40,000 nucleotides of DNA from Reyranella sp. (GTDB taxonomy: Bacteria; Pseudomonadota; Alphaproteobacteria; Reyranellales; Reyranellaceae). Shown here piece after piece: positions 1 to 8,964 of this stretch; position 1 is the stretch's first letter; every line of letters begins with the position of its first letter. The notes below the pieces were generated by a model. It saw nothing but the letters and a program-made list of their open reading frames with translations, was not told where the DNA came from and searched no databases. The stretch spans positions 36,341-76,340 of the forward strand of contig DATGMK010000028.1 of the NCBI GenBank assembly GCA_035293665.1, given 5' to 3'. A program made the translations under genes and the position numbers.

Positions 1-456
1 CGCGACCGCCTCGCGCTGGGGCCGGAAGGCGTGGGCATCCTGACCAGCTTCGACGGCATCGGCGCCTTCGTTGGGGCGCTGGCGTTGGCGATGTGGTTGA
101 CGCCCGGCTGGCACGCCCGCACCTATACCGGTGGCGTGGCGGTCTACCTCCTCGGCGTGATCGGCTTTGCCTTCGCGCCGACTTCGGCGCTGGCCGCCGC
201 CTCGCTGCTGGTGACCGGGCTCAGCGGCGCAGCCTTCGCCACCCTGCAGGCGACCATCGTCTATCTCGCCGCCCCGACCGAGATGCGCTCGCGCATGCTG
301 GGCGTGCTGTCGGTGTGCATCGGCACGGGTCCGCTCGGCTTCCTGCTGCTGGGCTGGCTGGCCGACTGGATCGGCGCCCCCGGGGCGACCGGGCTCACCG
401 GCGGGCTGGGGCTGCTGGCGCTCGCCGCCACCTGGCCGATGTGGCGCCGAATCTGA
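1..456 (+). CDS. MFS-type transporter, C-terminal part (5' end outside window)
   Basis: The reading frame is open from nt 1 (RDRLALGPEG...). The sequence is rich in hydrophobic helices, typical of the C-terminal half of a major-facilitator permease. Stop TGA at 454-456. Confidence 0.7.
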   Translation, partial: RDRLALGPEGVGILTSFDGIGAFVGALALAMWLTPGWHARTYTGGVAVYLLGVIGFAFAPTSALAAASLLVTGLSGAAFATLQATIVYLAAPTEMRSRMLGVLSVCIGTGPLGFLLLGWLADWIGAPGATGLTGGLGLLALAATWPMWRRI

Positions 457-631
457 CCGTCCGGACGTCCGGCCGCGTCCACTCGACGGGTGGACGCCTC
501 CGATGCCCATTCCATAAGGGTTTTGGGCCAGAGTCCAGGAATCCAGCACCATCCCCCCGGCAGGACGCCGGCTGGACTCGGGCTGGACTCCGGTCGGACA
601 CCGGGTGGACGTGAGACTGCAAAAGCTTCGA

Positions 632-1111
632 CTAGAGATAGCCGCCGCGGAAGCTGATCATCGGCGGGCGGTCCGAGGCGCTGTAGGCGATCACCTTGCC
701 CAGCGCGATCACCGTGCCATGGCGCTCGATCAGCTCGTCCAGAGCGCAGTCGATCACGCCGACGGAGTCGACCAGCGTCGGCGCGCCGGTCTTGAGCGTG
801 CTCCAGGCGCCCGGCAGGAAGCGGTCGGCGCCCTTGAGCTGGCCGCCGCCGCCGAATTCCTTGACCAGGGCGTCGCTGCCCTTGGGCACGTAGTTGATCG
901 CGAAATGGTTGCCCTGCCGGACCGCCGCAAGCGCCGAGGTGGTCAGCCCGATGGACACCATCATCATCGGCGGGCTGGCCGTCAGATGGGTGGCCGACAG
1001 GGCCAGAAAGCCCGCCGGTCCTTCCGTTCCCCTGGCCGTGACGATCGCCACGCCGATGGCGCGGCAGCCGATGGCCTTCCAGAAGGTCTTGGCGTCGATC
1101 TCGCTGTCCAT
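632..1111 (-). CDS. Flavin reductase-like FMN-binding domain protein
   Basis: ATG at 1111 with AAGGAG 8 nt upstream. FWKAIGCRAIGVAIVT...GFLALSATHLTASPPMMMVSIG resembles split-barrel flavin reductase domain proteins. Confidence 0.8.
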   Translation of the reverse strand: MDSEIDAKTFWKAIGCRAIGVAIVTARGTEGPAGFLALSATHLTASPPMMMVSIGLTTSALAAVRQGNHFAINYVPKGSDALVKEFGGGGQLKGADRFLPGAWSTLKTGAPTLVDSVGVIDCALDELIERHGTVIALGKVIAYSASDRPPMISFRGGYL

Positions 1112-1234
1112 GCCGGCTACTCCTTTTGCTGGGGACGAAGCTAGCAAAATGAAGGCCGGCTTGGCGTTACGAAAGAGCGACTTGCTCAGTGGTCCACTCC
1201 GCCGCGCAAGCGTGCGGAGAGGTGTGGCGGCTGG

Positions 1235-2116
1235 CTACACGCGGACGTGCGCCCCGATGAACGCCACCATGCGGTCGAACAGGTCGCCGGCCTTTGACAG
1301 ATCGGGCGACCCGCCCTGGCGGACCATGTCGATATATTCGAGCGCGATCGAGCCGCCGGCCTTCCGGTAATCGGCGCAGAAGCGCTGTGGCTCGTTGCCG
1401 TCGAACGGCGATTCCGGGTCCCGGTAGTCGTGCACGGCGTCGCCGCGGCTCTGATACCAAACGGCGGGCGGGGTGAGCACGTTCTCGCCGCGCTCCAGCG
1501 CCATCGTCGGGTTGCCTTCCGCCATGGCTTCCTCGGTGCGCCAGTACGAATCGTGGCGCGCGATGATCGACTCCAGCTTCTCGCGCTTGGCCATGCGGTA
1601 GCGGCTGAACGGGTTGATCACCGGCCATGACATGATCACGCAGCGCACGCTGGCATCCTGCGGCGGCGTGCCGGCCGGCAATGGGATCGCGGCATAACGC
1701 GGGTCGTCGGGCCGCATCGCGACCAGCATCGCGAGATGCCCGCCGCTCGACTGGCCCGAAAGGCCGATCAGGTCGGGCCGGGTCTTGAGCGCCGGCGCGT
1801 TCGCCTTGGCCCAGCGCACCGCATAGTTGATGTCCTGCACCGAGGCCGGATACGGATCCTCGTTCCCGGAGCGGAAGTCGAGCGCGATCGACACGACGCC
1901 ATGCGAGGCCATGTGCTGGTGGCGCAGCTTCTCGGTCATCCGATCGCTCTGGCACCACGCACCGCCATGGCATTCGACCATCGCCGGGAACGGTCCAGCG
2001 CCGCGCGGCTTGTAGATCGTTGCGAGCAATGGCTTGTCGCCGTGGCGCAGATATTCGACGTCCTCGACGTCGTAGGTGGCGGGCTTGACGTCGACGGCTG
2101 CGGCTGCAGTGGACAT
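1235..2116 (-). CDS. Alpha/beta hydrolase (esterase/lipase type)
   Basis: ATG at 2116 with a GGGAGG SD. HGGAW oxyanion-hole motif and GQSSGGH (GxSxG) nucleophile elbow. Confidence 0.85.
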   Translation of the reverse strand: MSTAAAAVDVKPATYDVEDVEYLRHGDKPLLATIYKPRGAGPFPAMVECHGGAWCQSDRMTEKLRHQHMASHGVVSIALDFRSGNEDPYPASVQDINYAVRWAKANAPALKTRPDLIGLSGQSSGGHLAMLVAMRPDDPRYAAIPLPAGTPPQDASVRCVIMSWPVINPFSRYRMAKREKLESIIARHDSYWRTEEAMAEGNPTMALERGENVLTPPAVWYQSRGDAVHDYRDPESPFDGNEPQRFCADYRKAGGSIALEYIDMVRQGGSPDLSKAGDLFDRMVAFIGAHVRV

Positions 2117-2276
2117 GGCATGCCTCCCTGGGCGTCCGGTTTTCCGCGGCCGCACTTTAGCGCAGATTCCTACCAAGGGCTCGTCCGGCCGTTGGGGCGA
2201 GAGGCAGCTCGCGAAATCCGACGGGACTGCCTCGCCTCTGTGGGTCCTGCCCTCCCTCTCTTGGGCTAAGGGCGCC

Positions 2277-2864
2277 CTATGCCTTGGGCGTGATCGAAGC
2301 CACCACCAGTTGACTGTTGATCGCCGTCAGGCTGTCGCCGCGCTTTACCCGTGGCAGCTGCTGGCGGCCAACATCGGAGGTCACGTCAAAGGTGCGCACT
2401 TCGCCTCCGCCGGGATTCACCAGCGTGATGGTGTTGGCGCCAGGATCGACGCCCACGATGGTCCAGTTGGCGATCAATTCCGACAGCCTGCCGCCGGCTG
2501 CGGCCTGGTTGGTTTCCACGGCGACGGCCACGGACCCGGCGCGGGAGGCCGGCGTCTGCACGCCGGGGCTGGAAAGCACGAAGGTGCGGGTATCCTCGAT
2601 GCCCAGCACAACGTAGTCGCCGACCCTCGTGCTGCTGATGTTGGCGGCCAGTGGGCTGACGTTCAGCACGCGCCGAGTGCCGTCAGCAGATATGACGGTC
2701 ACGGTGCGAGCGCCGGTATCGACTGCCGCTATTCTCCCTTCGAGTGCGTAGTGAGTCTTCGTCTGTATGCCGGCAGTGGCCTGATCGGGCTGCGCGAAGG
2801 AATGGCTGCTCGCCAGCGCCGAACCCGCGAGAGCACCGACGATCAGGGATCTTCTCTTGAACAT
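2277..2864 (-). CDS. Secreted protein with two internally repeated beta-rich segments, family not recognised
   Basis: ATG at 2864 preceded by GAGGAGGAAG. Signal peptide MFKRRSLIVGALAGSALASSHSFA. Two similar segments: GRIAAVDTGARTVTVISADGTRRVLNV...VGDYVVL and WTIVGVDPGANTITLVNPGGGEVRTFDV...RGDSLTAI. The ORF-track start at 3656 is an artefact. Confidence 0.7.
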   Translation of the reverse strand: MFKRRSLIVGALAGSALASSHSFAQPDQATAGIQTKTHYALEGRIAAVDTGARTVTVISADGTRRVLNVSPLAANISSTRVGDYVVLGIEDTRTFVLSSPGVQTPASRAGSVAVAVETNQAAAGGRLSELIANWTIVGVDPGANTITLVNPGGGEVRTFDVTSDVGRQQLPRVKRGDSLTAINSQLVVASITPKA

Positions 2865-2967
2865 GGTGGCTTCCTCCTCTTGGGCTGCAAGACGATTGAA
2901 GAAGTCCAGCGCGAGCTGCCCCTGACTTTGCGTTTGCTGAAGTATTGCAGGCTCCTCCTGTTCCGAA

Positions 2968-2981
2968 ATGACAATTGTCAT
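2968..2981. promoter_or_regulatory. Perfect 14-bp palindrome ATGACAATTGTCAT in a divergent promoter region (candidate operator)
   Basis: Read directly from the sequence. It lies in the A/T-richer spacer 2865-3008 between the secreted-protein gene and the MscS-family gene, 27 nt before ATG 3009. Confidence 0.4.
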
Positions 2982-3008
2982 CTCAACCGAGATTCGCATG
3001 CTCAAGCG

Positions 3009-5177
3009 ATGAGGCCGGCGAAGCCAGCCTCTTTCTTCTCGCTTGGCAGACCTTCTATCCAGGCACATGATGTGGCTGTGCCCAGGACGCTCGGAAGACT
3101 TGCGGCAGTTCTGGCCCTGACTCTCGTCGCGGCCATCGGGGGCGCCAGTGCGCAGACTTCGGCACCGCCAACGCCCCTCCCGCAGGATCAGTTCGACGCA
3201 CTGGTCAAGGCGATCACCCAATCTCTCTTCGAAAGGCTTAAAGCCGAGGGCGCGGCCACGCAGAAGCCCGTAGAAGAGAAGCGCAGTCGATTCGAGGTGG
3301 AAGCCAAGGACGAACCGGACGATGTCACATTGTTCGTCCAACAGGCCGGCCATGTAATGAGCGTCGGCATCCCTGCCCTGAGCACCGCGTTCGCCGACTT
3401 CGGCGAGGCACTCGACAGAGATCAGCGCGGCGGTTTGAGCCGCTCGCGATTCTTCCTGCTGGTCCTGGCGACAGCGGCCGTGGCCGTGGCGCTCGAGGCT
3501 GTGCTGCGCAGGCTGACGTCGCCGGCGCATGCCCGTCTGGCTGCGCAATCCGCTCCCGCCTTGGGCGTTCGCTCGCTGGCCGCCCTCGGTGCCCTGGCAT
3601 CGATCGATGGCGCGGGGGTGCTGCTCGTCTGGCTGGTCTATCGCGTCGCGGTCCATCTGTGGTTCGGCGGTACCACCGCCCAGAACACATTTGGCGCTGC
3701 CTTGTTACTCGCCATTGTCTACTGGCGCCTCTACGTGTTCGGCATCCGATGCATCGTCCGACCGGCCCTACCGGCAGCCCGGCTGTGCGACATAGGAGAT
3801 GAAGAAGCGGGGCGCATGTTGCGCCTGGTATCCCTCCTCGTTCTGATCGCCGTCGTGTCGCGGGCACTCAACTTCGGGCTGGCGGCCGCGCAGGCGCCAA
3901 CCGACGCCATTGCGGCCTGGCGGATCTTCACGGCTCCAGTCGTGCTCCTGATCCTGTTGATGTTCGTCGTGCGCGTGCGCGATGGGGCAAAGCAGTGGCT
4001 GGTGGGCCTGGCCCGCGTAGCACCGTGGAACGGGTTCCTGGGCCGGCACTGGGTACCCATCGCCAGCGTGGTGTTCGTGGCCCTGGTTGCGACCCAGATC
4101 TACGGCGCGCTCACCGAACACCTCAATGCACCGAACGCCGTCCTGTTGACCCTGAACCTCATCATCGGCCTCCTGGTGTTCGAGACGCTGTTGCAGGCGG
4201 TCGTGCGGCGGCTCGACAGCCAGTTGGAGGGGTTCACGCCGGCCGACGACCGGCAAAGGTTGCCCGACGTTCTCGCCCGCTGCGCACGGGTCTTCGTCCT
4301 GATTCTGGCGATCGTGGTGCTTGCCGAGAGCTGGGTCGTCAATGTGCTCGGTCTGATCGACGCACGAGCATGGGATCGATTGGCCGCCGTCGGCCGATCC
4401 ATAGGGCTCACCCTCTTCACCGCGTTCGTGCTGTGGGAGCTCTTCAAGTACGCGACCGAAGCCTACATGTATCGGATCTCCCAGAAGAACCTCGCGGGCC
4501 GCGGCGACAAACGGACCGCCGGCTCGATTGCCGAGCGCTTCGACACCCTGATGCCGATGATCAGGGTCACGGTGGCGACGATCATTGCAGTCATTGCAGC
4601 ACTGATCGCCCTCGACCAGCTCGGCGTCAACACGGCGCCACTGCTGGCAGGCGCCTCTGTGCTGGGGTTGGCGATCTCCTTCGGCAGCCAGGCCCTGGTG
4701 AAGGACATCGTCTCGGGCATCTTCTACCTGGCCGATGACGCATTCCGGGTCGGCGAGTACATCCGTTGCGGGCAAGCGGAGGGAACGGTCGAGGGTTTCA
4801 CCCTGCGCTCGATTCGGTTGCGGCACCCCAACGGCCAGATCCAGGTCATCCCGTTCGGCGAACTCGGCCAGATATCCAACTACAGCCGAGACTGGGCGGC
4901 CGTGAAATTCAACCTTCGATTCGCCCGAGACACCGACCTCGAGAAGCTGCGCGAGGCCACCACGAAGGTCGGCGCGGACATGATGACCGAGCCGGAGCTC
5001 AAGGCCGACATCCTCGAACCGATCAAGATCCACAGCGTCGCCGAGGTCTCAGACAACGCACTGGTCGTACGCTTCAAGCTCAAGACCCGTCCCGGCAACA
5101 TCGCGACCATTCAGGATCGCACGCTACGCCAGATGCTCAAGGAAATGCCCAACCTCGGCATCACCTTCGCCACCTAA
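3009..5177 (+). CDS. Large MscS-family mechanosensitive ion channel
   Basis: C-terminal core LLAGASVLGLAISFGSQALVKDIVSGIFYLADDAFRVGEYI...GTVEGFTLRSIRLRHPNGQIQVIPFG is the MscS pore-helix/beta-domain signature, with many TM helices upstream. The start is uncertain: ATG 3009, or GTG 3072, which would give MAVPRTLGRLAAVLALTLVAAIGGASA. The ORF-track start at 2076 runs antisense through the neighbouring gene. Confidence 0.85.
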   Translation: MRPAKPASFFSLGRPSIQAHDVAVPRTLGRLAAVLALTLVAAIGGASAQTSAPPTPLPQDQFDALVKAITQSLFERLKAEGAATQKPVEEKRSRFEVEAKDEPDDVTLFVQQAGHVMSVGIPALSTAFADFGEALDRDQRGGLSRSRFFLLVLATAAVAVALEAVLRRLTSPAHARLAAQSAPALGVRSLAALGALASIDGAGVLLVWLVYRVAVHLWFGGTTAQNTFGAALLLAIVYWRLYVFGIRCIVRPALPAARLCDIGDEEAGRMLRLVSLLVLIAVVSRALNFGLAAAQAPTDAIAAWRIFTAPVVLLILLMFVVRVRDGAKQWLVGLARVAPWNGFLGRHWVPIASVVFVALVATQIYGALTEHLNAPNAVLLTLNLIIGLLVFETLLQAVVRRLDSQLEGFTPADDRQRLPDVLARCARVFVLILAIVVLAESWVVNVLGLIDARAWDRLAAVGRSIGLTLFTAFVLWELFKYATEAYMYRISQKNLAGRGDKRTAGSIAERFDTLMPMIRVTVATIIAVIAALIALDQLGVNTAPLLAGASVLGLAISFGSQALVKDIVSGIFYLADDAFRVGEYIRCGQAEGTVEGFTLRSIRLRHPNGQIQVIPFGELGQISNYSRDWAAVKFNLRFARDTDLEKLREATTKVGADMMTEPELKADILEPIKIHSVAEVSDNALVVRFKLKTRPGNIATIQDRTLRQMLKEMPNLGITFAT

Positions 5178-5206
5178 AGCCTCCAGCGTGGCAGGCCATC
5201 AGAGCC

Positions 5207-5983
5207 TCAAGCCTCGCGGAACTCCTCGTTCAATCGGTCGGTGACCAGCATGTGGCCCGCCTTGTGGGTGATGCAGAACGGCGGACGGGCGGCCTCGATC
5301 ACCGTCTGTGGGGTCACGCCGCAGGCCCAGAACAACGGTACCTCGCCGGCCCGGATGTCCGGTTCGCCGCCATATTCGGGCCGGTCGATGTCGGCGATGC
5401 CGATCGCCTCGGGATCGCCGAAATGAATCGGCGCGCCGTGCACGCGCGGGAACCGCGAGGTGATCTCGATGGCGCGGATGGCGTTGGGGACGGTGAAGTT
5501 GCGCATCGACACCACCATGCGGCCATGCAGGCGTCCGGCCGGCACGGTATCGAGCTTGGTGCGATAGGTGCAGACCTTCTTGCCCTGCTCGATGTGCCGG
5601 ATCGGCACGCCCGCCTCGAGCAGCGCCGATTCGAACGAATAGGAGCAGCCGAGCGCAAAAGCGACGAGGTCGTCGCGCCACAAGGCGCTGATGTCGGTCT
5701 CCTCCGACACGGCCTCGCCGTCGCGGAACACCCGATAGCGCGGCAGATCGCACCGCACGTCGATGTCGGGGCCGAGCTCGGGCAAGCTCGGATCGCCCAG
5801 CGCGCTTTGCGCGATCAATGGACAGGGCTTGGGGTTTGCCGCGCAGAACGCGGCGAACTCGTCGGCCCAGTCGGCCGGCAGAATCACCAGATTCGCCTGC
5901 AGATGACCGGGCGCCAGTCCGGTCGTCACCGTCGTGTGTCGGCCGGCACGAATCTGCTGTCGCAAGAGCCTGGATGGGTTCAT
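5207..5983 (-). CDS. Putative hydro-lyase, UPF0317/DUF1445 family (D-glutamate cyclase-like)
   Basis: ATG at 5983 with a GGAGGGG SD. GLAPGHLQANLVILP...NPKPCPL...LGCSYSFE...MVVSMR...HGAPIH is typical of this family. Confidence 0.8.
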   Translation of the reverse strand: MNPSRLLRQQIRAGRHTTVTTGLAPGHLQANLVILPADWADEFAAFCAANPKPCPLIAQSALGDPSLPELGPDIDVRCDLPRYRVFRDGEAVSEETDISALWRDDLVAFALGCSYSFESALLEAGVPIRHIEQGKKVCTYRTKLDTVPAGRLHGRMVVSMRNFTVPNAIRAIEITSRFPRVHGAPIHFGDPEAIGIADIDRPEYGGEPDIRAGEVPLFWACGVTPQTVIEAARPPFCITHKAGHMLVTDRLNEEFREA

Positions 5984-6036
5984 CCCCTCCCCTCCGCCCT
6001 TTCCCTGCACGCGTCCAGTATATAGCCTTTGCACCC

Positions 6037-7209
6037 ATGCGTGCTGGCGAGATCGTCTTCACCGGAATGGATCGCGTGGTGTTCGGCCGACCGGCCGCCG
6101 ACGCGGTCGCGGAAGCAGCGGACCGGCTCGGCGCCCGGCGGGTGTTCATCCTCGGCAGCGCGACGCTCAACCGGAAGACCGATGTGGTCCGCCGGATCGC
6201 CGAGGCGCTGGGGTCGCGCTACGCCGGCGTACACGACGACATGCCCGGCCACAGCCCGCGCGACGCCGTGGTCGCCTGCGCCAACACGGCGCGCGACGCC
6301 GGCTGCGACCTGCTGCTGAGCGTCGGCGGGGGCTCGACGACCGACGGCGGCAAGGCGGTCACCCTGTGTCTCGAACACGACGTCCGCGAGCCGGACGGCC
6401 TCGAGCCCTTTCGCACCGTGGTCGACGAGATCACCGGCAAGCGGACCTTCCCGGAGTATCGCGCGCCGCGCGTCCGGCAGATCTGCGTGCCGACCACCTT
6501 GAGCGGCGGCGAGTTCAACGCCCGCGCCGGCGTCACCGAGCCGCGACTGCGGCTGAAGCAGGCCTATATCCATCCCGGCCTGATCCCGCTGCAGGTGATC
6601 TTCGATCCGGCGATCACCGTGCACACTCCCGAATGGCTGTGGCTCTCGACCGGCATCCGTGCGGTCGACCATGCGGTCGAGACCTACTGCTCGATCGACG
6701 GCAACGCCTACACCGACAGCACGTCGCTGCAGGCGCTGCGCCTGCTCGGGCGCGGGCTGCCGGCGGTGAAGCGCGATCCGTCCGACCTCGCGGCGCGCCT
6801 CGACTGCCAGATCGGCGCGTGGATCTCGATGATCGGCATCGTCGGCGGCACGCGCATGGGCGCAAGCCATGCGATCGGCCATGTGCTGGGCGGCAGCGCC
6901 GGCGTGCCGCACGGTTACACGTCCTGCGTGATGATGCCGGCCGTGCTGGCCTACAATGCCGAGGTGAACGGCGACCGCCAGGCTGAGATCAGCGCCGCGC
7001 TGGGTGCGCCCGGCAAGCCCGCGAGCGAAGTGCTCGATCACTTCATCTCGGGTCTCGGCCTGCCGCGTCGGCTGCGCGACGTGGGCGTCAAGCGCGAGGA
7101 CCTGCAGCGCATCGCCACCAACTGCATGCTCGACGACTGGACCTTCAGCAACCCGCGCCCGATCCACGCCGCGCAGGAGGTCATGCCGATCCTCGAGTCC
7201 GTGTACTGA
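6037..7209 (+). CDS. Iron-containing alcohol dehydrogenase family protein (maleylacetate reductase-like)
   Basis: N-terminus ...VFGRPAADAVAEAADRLGARRVFILGS..., GGGSTTDGGKAV nucleotide loop, and metal-site histidines SHAIGHVLGG...PHGYTSCV. The ORF-track start at 5818 overlaps the divergent gene, so ATG 6037 was chosen. Confidence 0.85.
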   Translation: MRAGEIVFTGMDRVVFGRPAADAVAEAADRLGARRVFILGSATLNRKTDVVRRIAEALGSRYAGVHDDMPGHSPRDAVVACANTARDAGCDLLLSVGGGSTTDGGKAVTLCLEHDVREPDGLEPFRTVVDEITGKRTFPEYRAPRVRQICVPTTLSGGEFNARAGVTEPRLRLKQAYIHPGLIPLQVIFDPAITVHTPEWLWLSTGIRAVDHAVETYCSIDGNAYTDSTSLQALRLLGRGLPAVKRDPSDLAARLDCQIGAWISMIGIVGGTRMGASHAIGHVLGGSAGVPHGYTSCVMMPAVLAYNAEVNGDRQAEISAALGAPGKPASEVLDHFISGLGLPRRLRDVGVKREDLQRIATNCMLDDWTFSNPRPIHAAQEVMPILESVY

Positions 7210-7239
7210 AGGCCCGCGCGATGCGTCGACAGGCGCCGG

Positions 7240-7455
7240 TTAGCGGCGAAGACGGCGCAGCGCCCCACCCTTGTGCATTGCAATGTGATCAGTCTTGTCG
7301 CTGCGGATCTCGTACTGCGGATCGTCCTCGCTCGCGTGATGGACGTATCCCTTGTAGGTCACATCGCTCGAATGCACGCGAATTATCCGGCCGCTGACGC
7401 GTCCGGCTTCCGAATTCCAACTGACATGGTCGCCGACCTTGAATGTCTTCACCAT
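7240..7455 (-). CDS. Small DUF2945-like (hypervirulence-associated TUDOR-like) protein
   Basis: ATG at 7455 (MVKTFKVGDHVSWNSEAGRVSGRIIRV...DDPQYEIRSDKTDHIAMHKGGAL). Only the last 71 codons of the 207-aa ORF look like a real protein. Confidence 0.7.
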   Translation of the reverse strand: MVKTFKVGDHVSWNSEAGRVSGRIIRVHSSDVTYKGYVHHASEDDPQYEIRSDKTDHIAMHKGGALRRLRR

Positions 7456-7614
7456 CGCCGGGATTCTCTCGACGCCTTCGTCCACACCAGAACGCATGGC
7501 CGCTTCGGCAAGTTCCGCACGCATTGGACCCGGTGAGAAGTGGCCGCCCTGGCGCTCCTGGCGATAGTCGCACTGGTCTTCGTTCTCAGCACAGAGGAAG
7601 TCACTGTCTAAGCC

Positions 7615-8016
7615 ATGTTCGATATCGAAATCTGCGAGGAGCGCAAGGTCGGGCTCGTCCGCTTCCACGGCGAACTGACCGAAGCGGACTTTGATGCGCT
7701 CGACGCGGCGGCACGGGCGGTCAAGGATGGGCCAGCCTACGATGTCATCTATGACATGAGCGGCATCGATCACGCGCATCTCGCGATCGATTTCGTGTCC
7801 AAGCGGGGTGCGCTTCCCCAGGCCAATCCCGGCAAGCAGCGCCTTTACGTCGTCCCCCAGCATGACCTCAAACTACTGGTGCGGCTCTATGCGGCTTACC
7901 AGGTTTCGAAGGGTTGGCAGCCGCCCGCGGTGGTCGACACCCTGCAAGACGCTCTCGATCGGCTGCAGATCGCTCGATCGGACTTCAAGCCCTATCCGTC
8001 CCCGCGACCGGCGTGA
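7615..8016 (+). CDS. Hypothetical protein (133 aa)
   Basis: Uninterrupted ORF with a normal amino-acid composition and no competing real gene on the other strand. The SD is weak or distant. No family recognised. Confidence 0.5.
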   Translation: MFDIEICEERKVGLVRFHGELTEADFDALDAAARAVKDGPAYDVIYDMSGIDHAHLAIDFVSKRGALPQANPGKQRLYVVPQHDLKLLVRLYAAYQVSKGWQPPAVVDTLQDALDRLQIARSDFKPYPSPRPA

Positions 8017-8050
8017 ACGGCACTCGCGCGCACCGCATCCGCTCGCTGGA

Positions 8051-8917
8051 CTAAGCGGCCTCCTCCAAAGACGAGCACGTTCCGCTGACGCGGGTCTGGC
8101 GCATGTAGCGGCGGTGGCGGTCTGCGTCGTAGCCGCTCCCGGCATGGATCAGGCAGCGGTTGTCCCAGAAAACGACGTCGCCCGGTCGCCAGGCGTGGTC
8201 GTAAACGTGCTCTGGCTGGATCGCGGCTTCGGTCAGTTCGTCGATCAAGGCACGGCCGGCAGCGTAGCTCATGCCTTCGATCTCGCGGACATGGGAGCCG
8301 AGAAACAGGTTCCTGGCACCCGTCGCCGGATTGGCCCGCACGAGCCGCTGGCGCACGGGCGGCAGCGTGGCCGCCATTTCGGGCGATACGGCATCGGGCG
8401 CCACCTTCGAGCGCGAAAACACGTAGTCGTGGATGGCGATCAGGGGATCGACCTCGGCCTTGCGCTCCGGCGAAAGGCGATCGTAGGCGGCGCGCAGGGA
8501 GACGAACATCGTCGTGCCGCCTTCGGACGGCGTCTCGTAGGCGCACATGATCGAGAGGAACGCCGGCACCGGTTTGAACGAGGCATCGGAGTGCCACATG
8601 TTGTTCCCGGTGAGGAAGATGGTCTTCTTGTGCGCGTTACCGAGCACCGTGCCGTCCTTCTGGACGTTGCCGATGGTGCCGAAATATTCGACCTTGCCGA
8701 CACTTGTGTGACTCGGCTCGGGATTGCCGAATTGCCGCGTGAGGGCGAGCTGGCGATCGTCATCCATCGACTGATCGGGGAAGCAGACGAACGAATACCG
8801 ATCGATCGCTGCGGCGATCTCCTGGACCAGATCGGGCGCGAGCGGCATGCCGAGGTCGACACCGCGGACGCTGGCGCCGAACTCGGGATGCAGCTCTTCG
8901 TATCGTAGTTGCGACAT
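8051..8917 (-). CDS. TauD/TfdA-family Fe(II)/2-oxoglutarate dioxygenase
   Basis: ATG at 8917 with GGAGAAA upstream. WHSDASF (HxD iron site), DNRCLIH and a C-terminal R..MRQTRV are typical of TauD/TfdA. Confidence 0.85.
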   Translation of the reverse strand: MSQLRYEELHPEFGASVRGVDLGMPLAPDLVQEIAAAIDRYSFVCFPDQSMDDDRQLALTRQFGNPEPSHTSVGKVEYFGTIGNVQKDGTVLGNAHKKTIFLTGNNMWHSDASFKPVPAFLSIMCAYETPSEGGTTMFVSLRAAYDRLSPERKAEVDPLIAIHDYVFSRSKVAPDAVSPEMAATLPPVRQRLVRANPATGARNLFLGSHVREIEGMSYAAGRALIDELTEAAIQPEHVYDHAWRPGDVVFWDNRCLIHAGSGYDADRHRRYMRQTRVSGTCSSLEEAA

Positions 8918-8964
8918 GGTTTCTCCACGTGCCTTGCGGTCAGGCCAATACCCCCAATCCACTG

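Noticed and set aside
2076-3008. A 311-codon N-terminal extension of the MscS ORF.
   Set aside because: It overlaps in antisense the secreted-protein gene (2277-2864), which has a clear signal peptide and RBS. The extension has an implausible composition. The MscS signal-peptide-like N-terminus begins only at 3009-3072.
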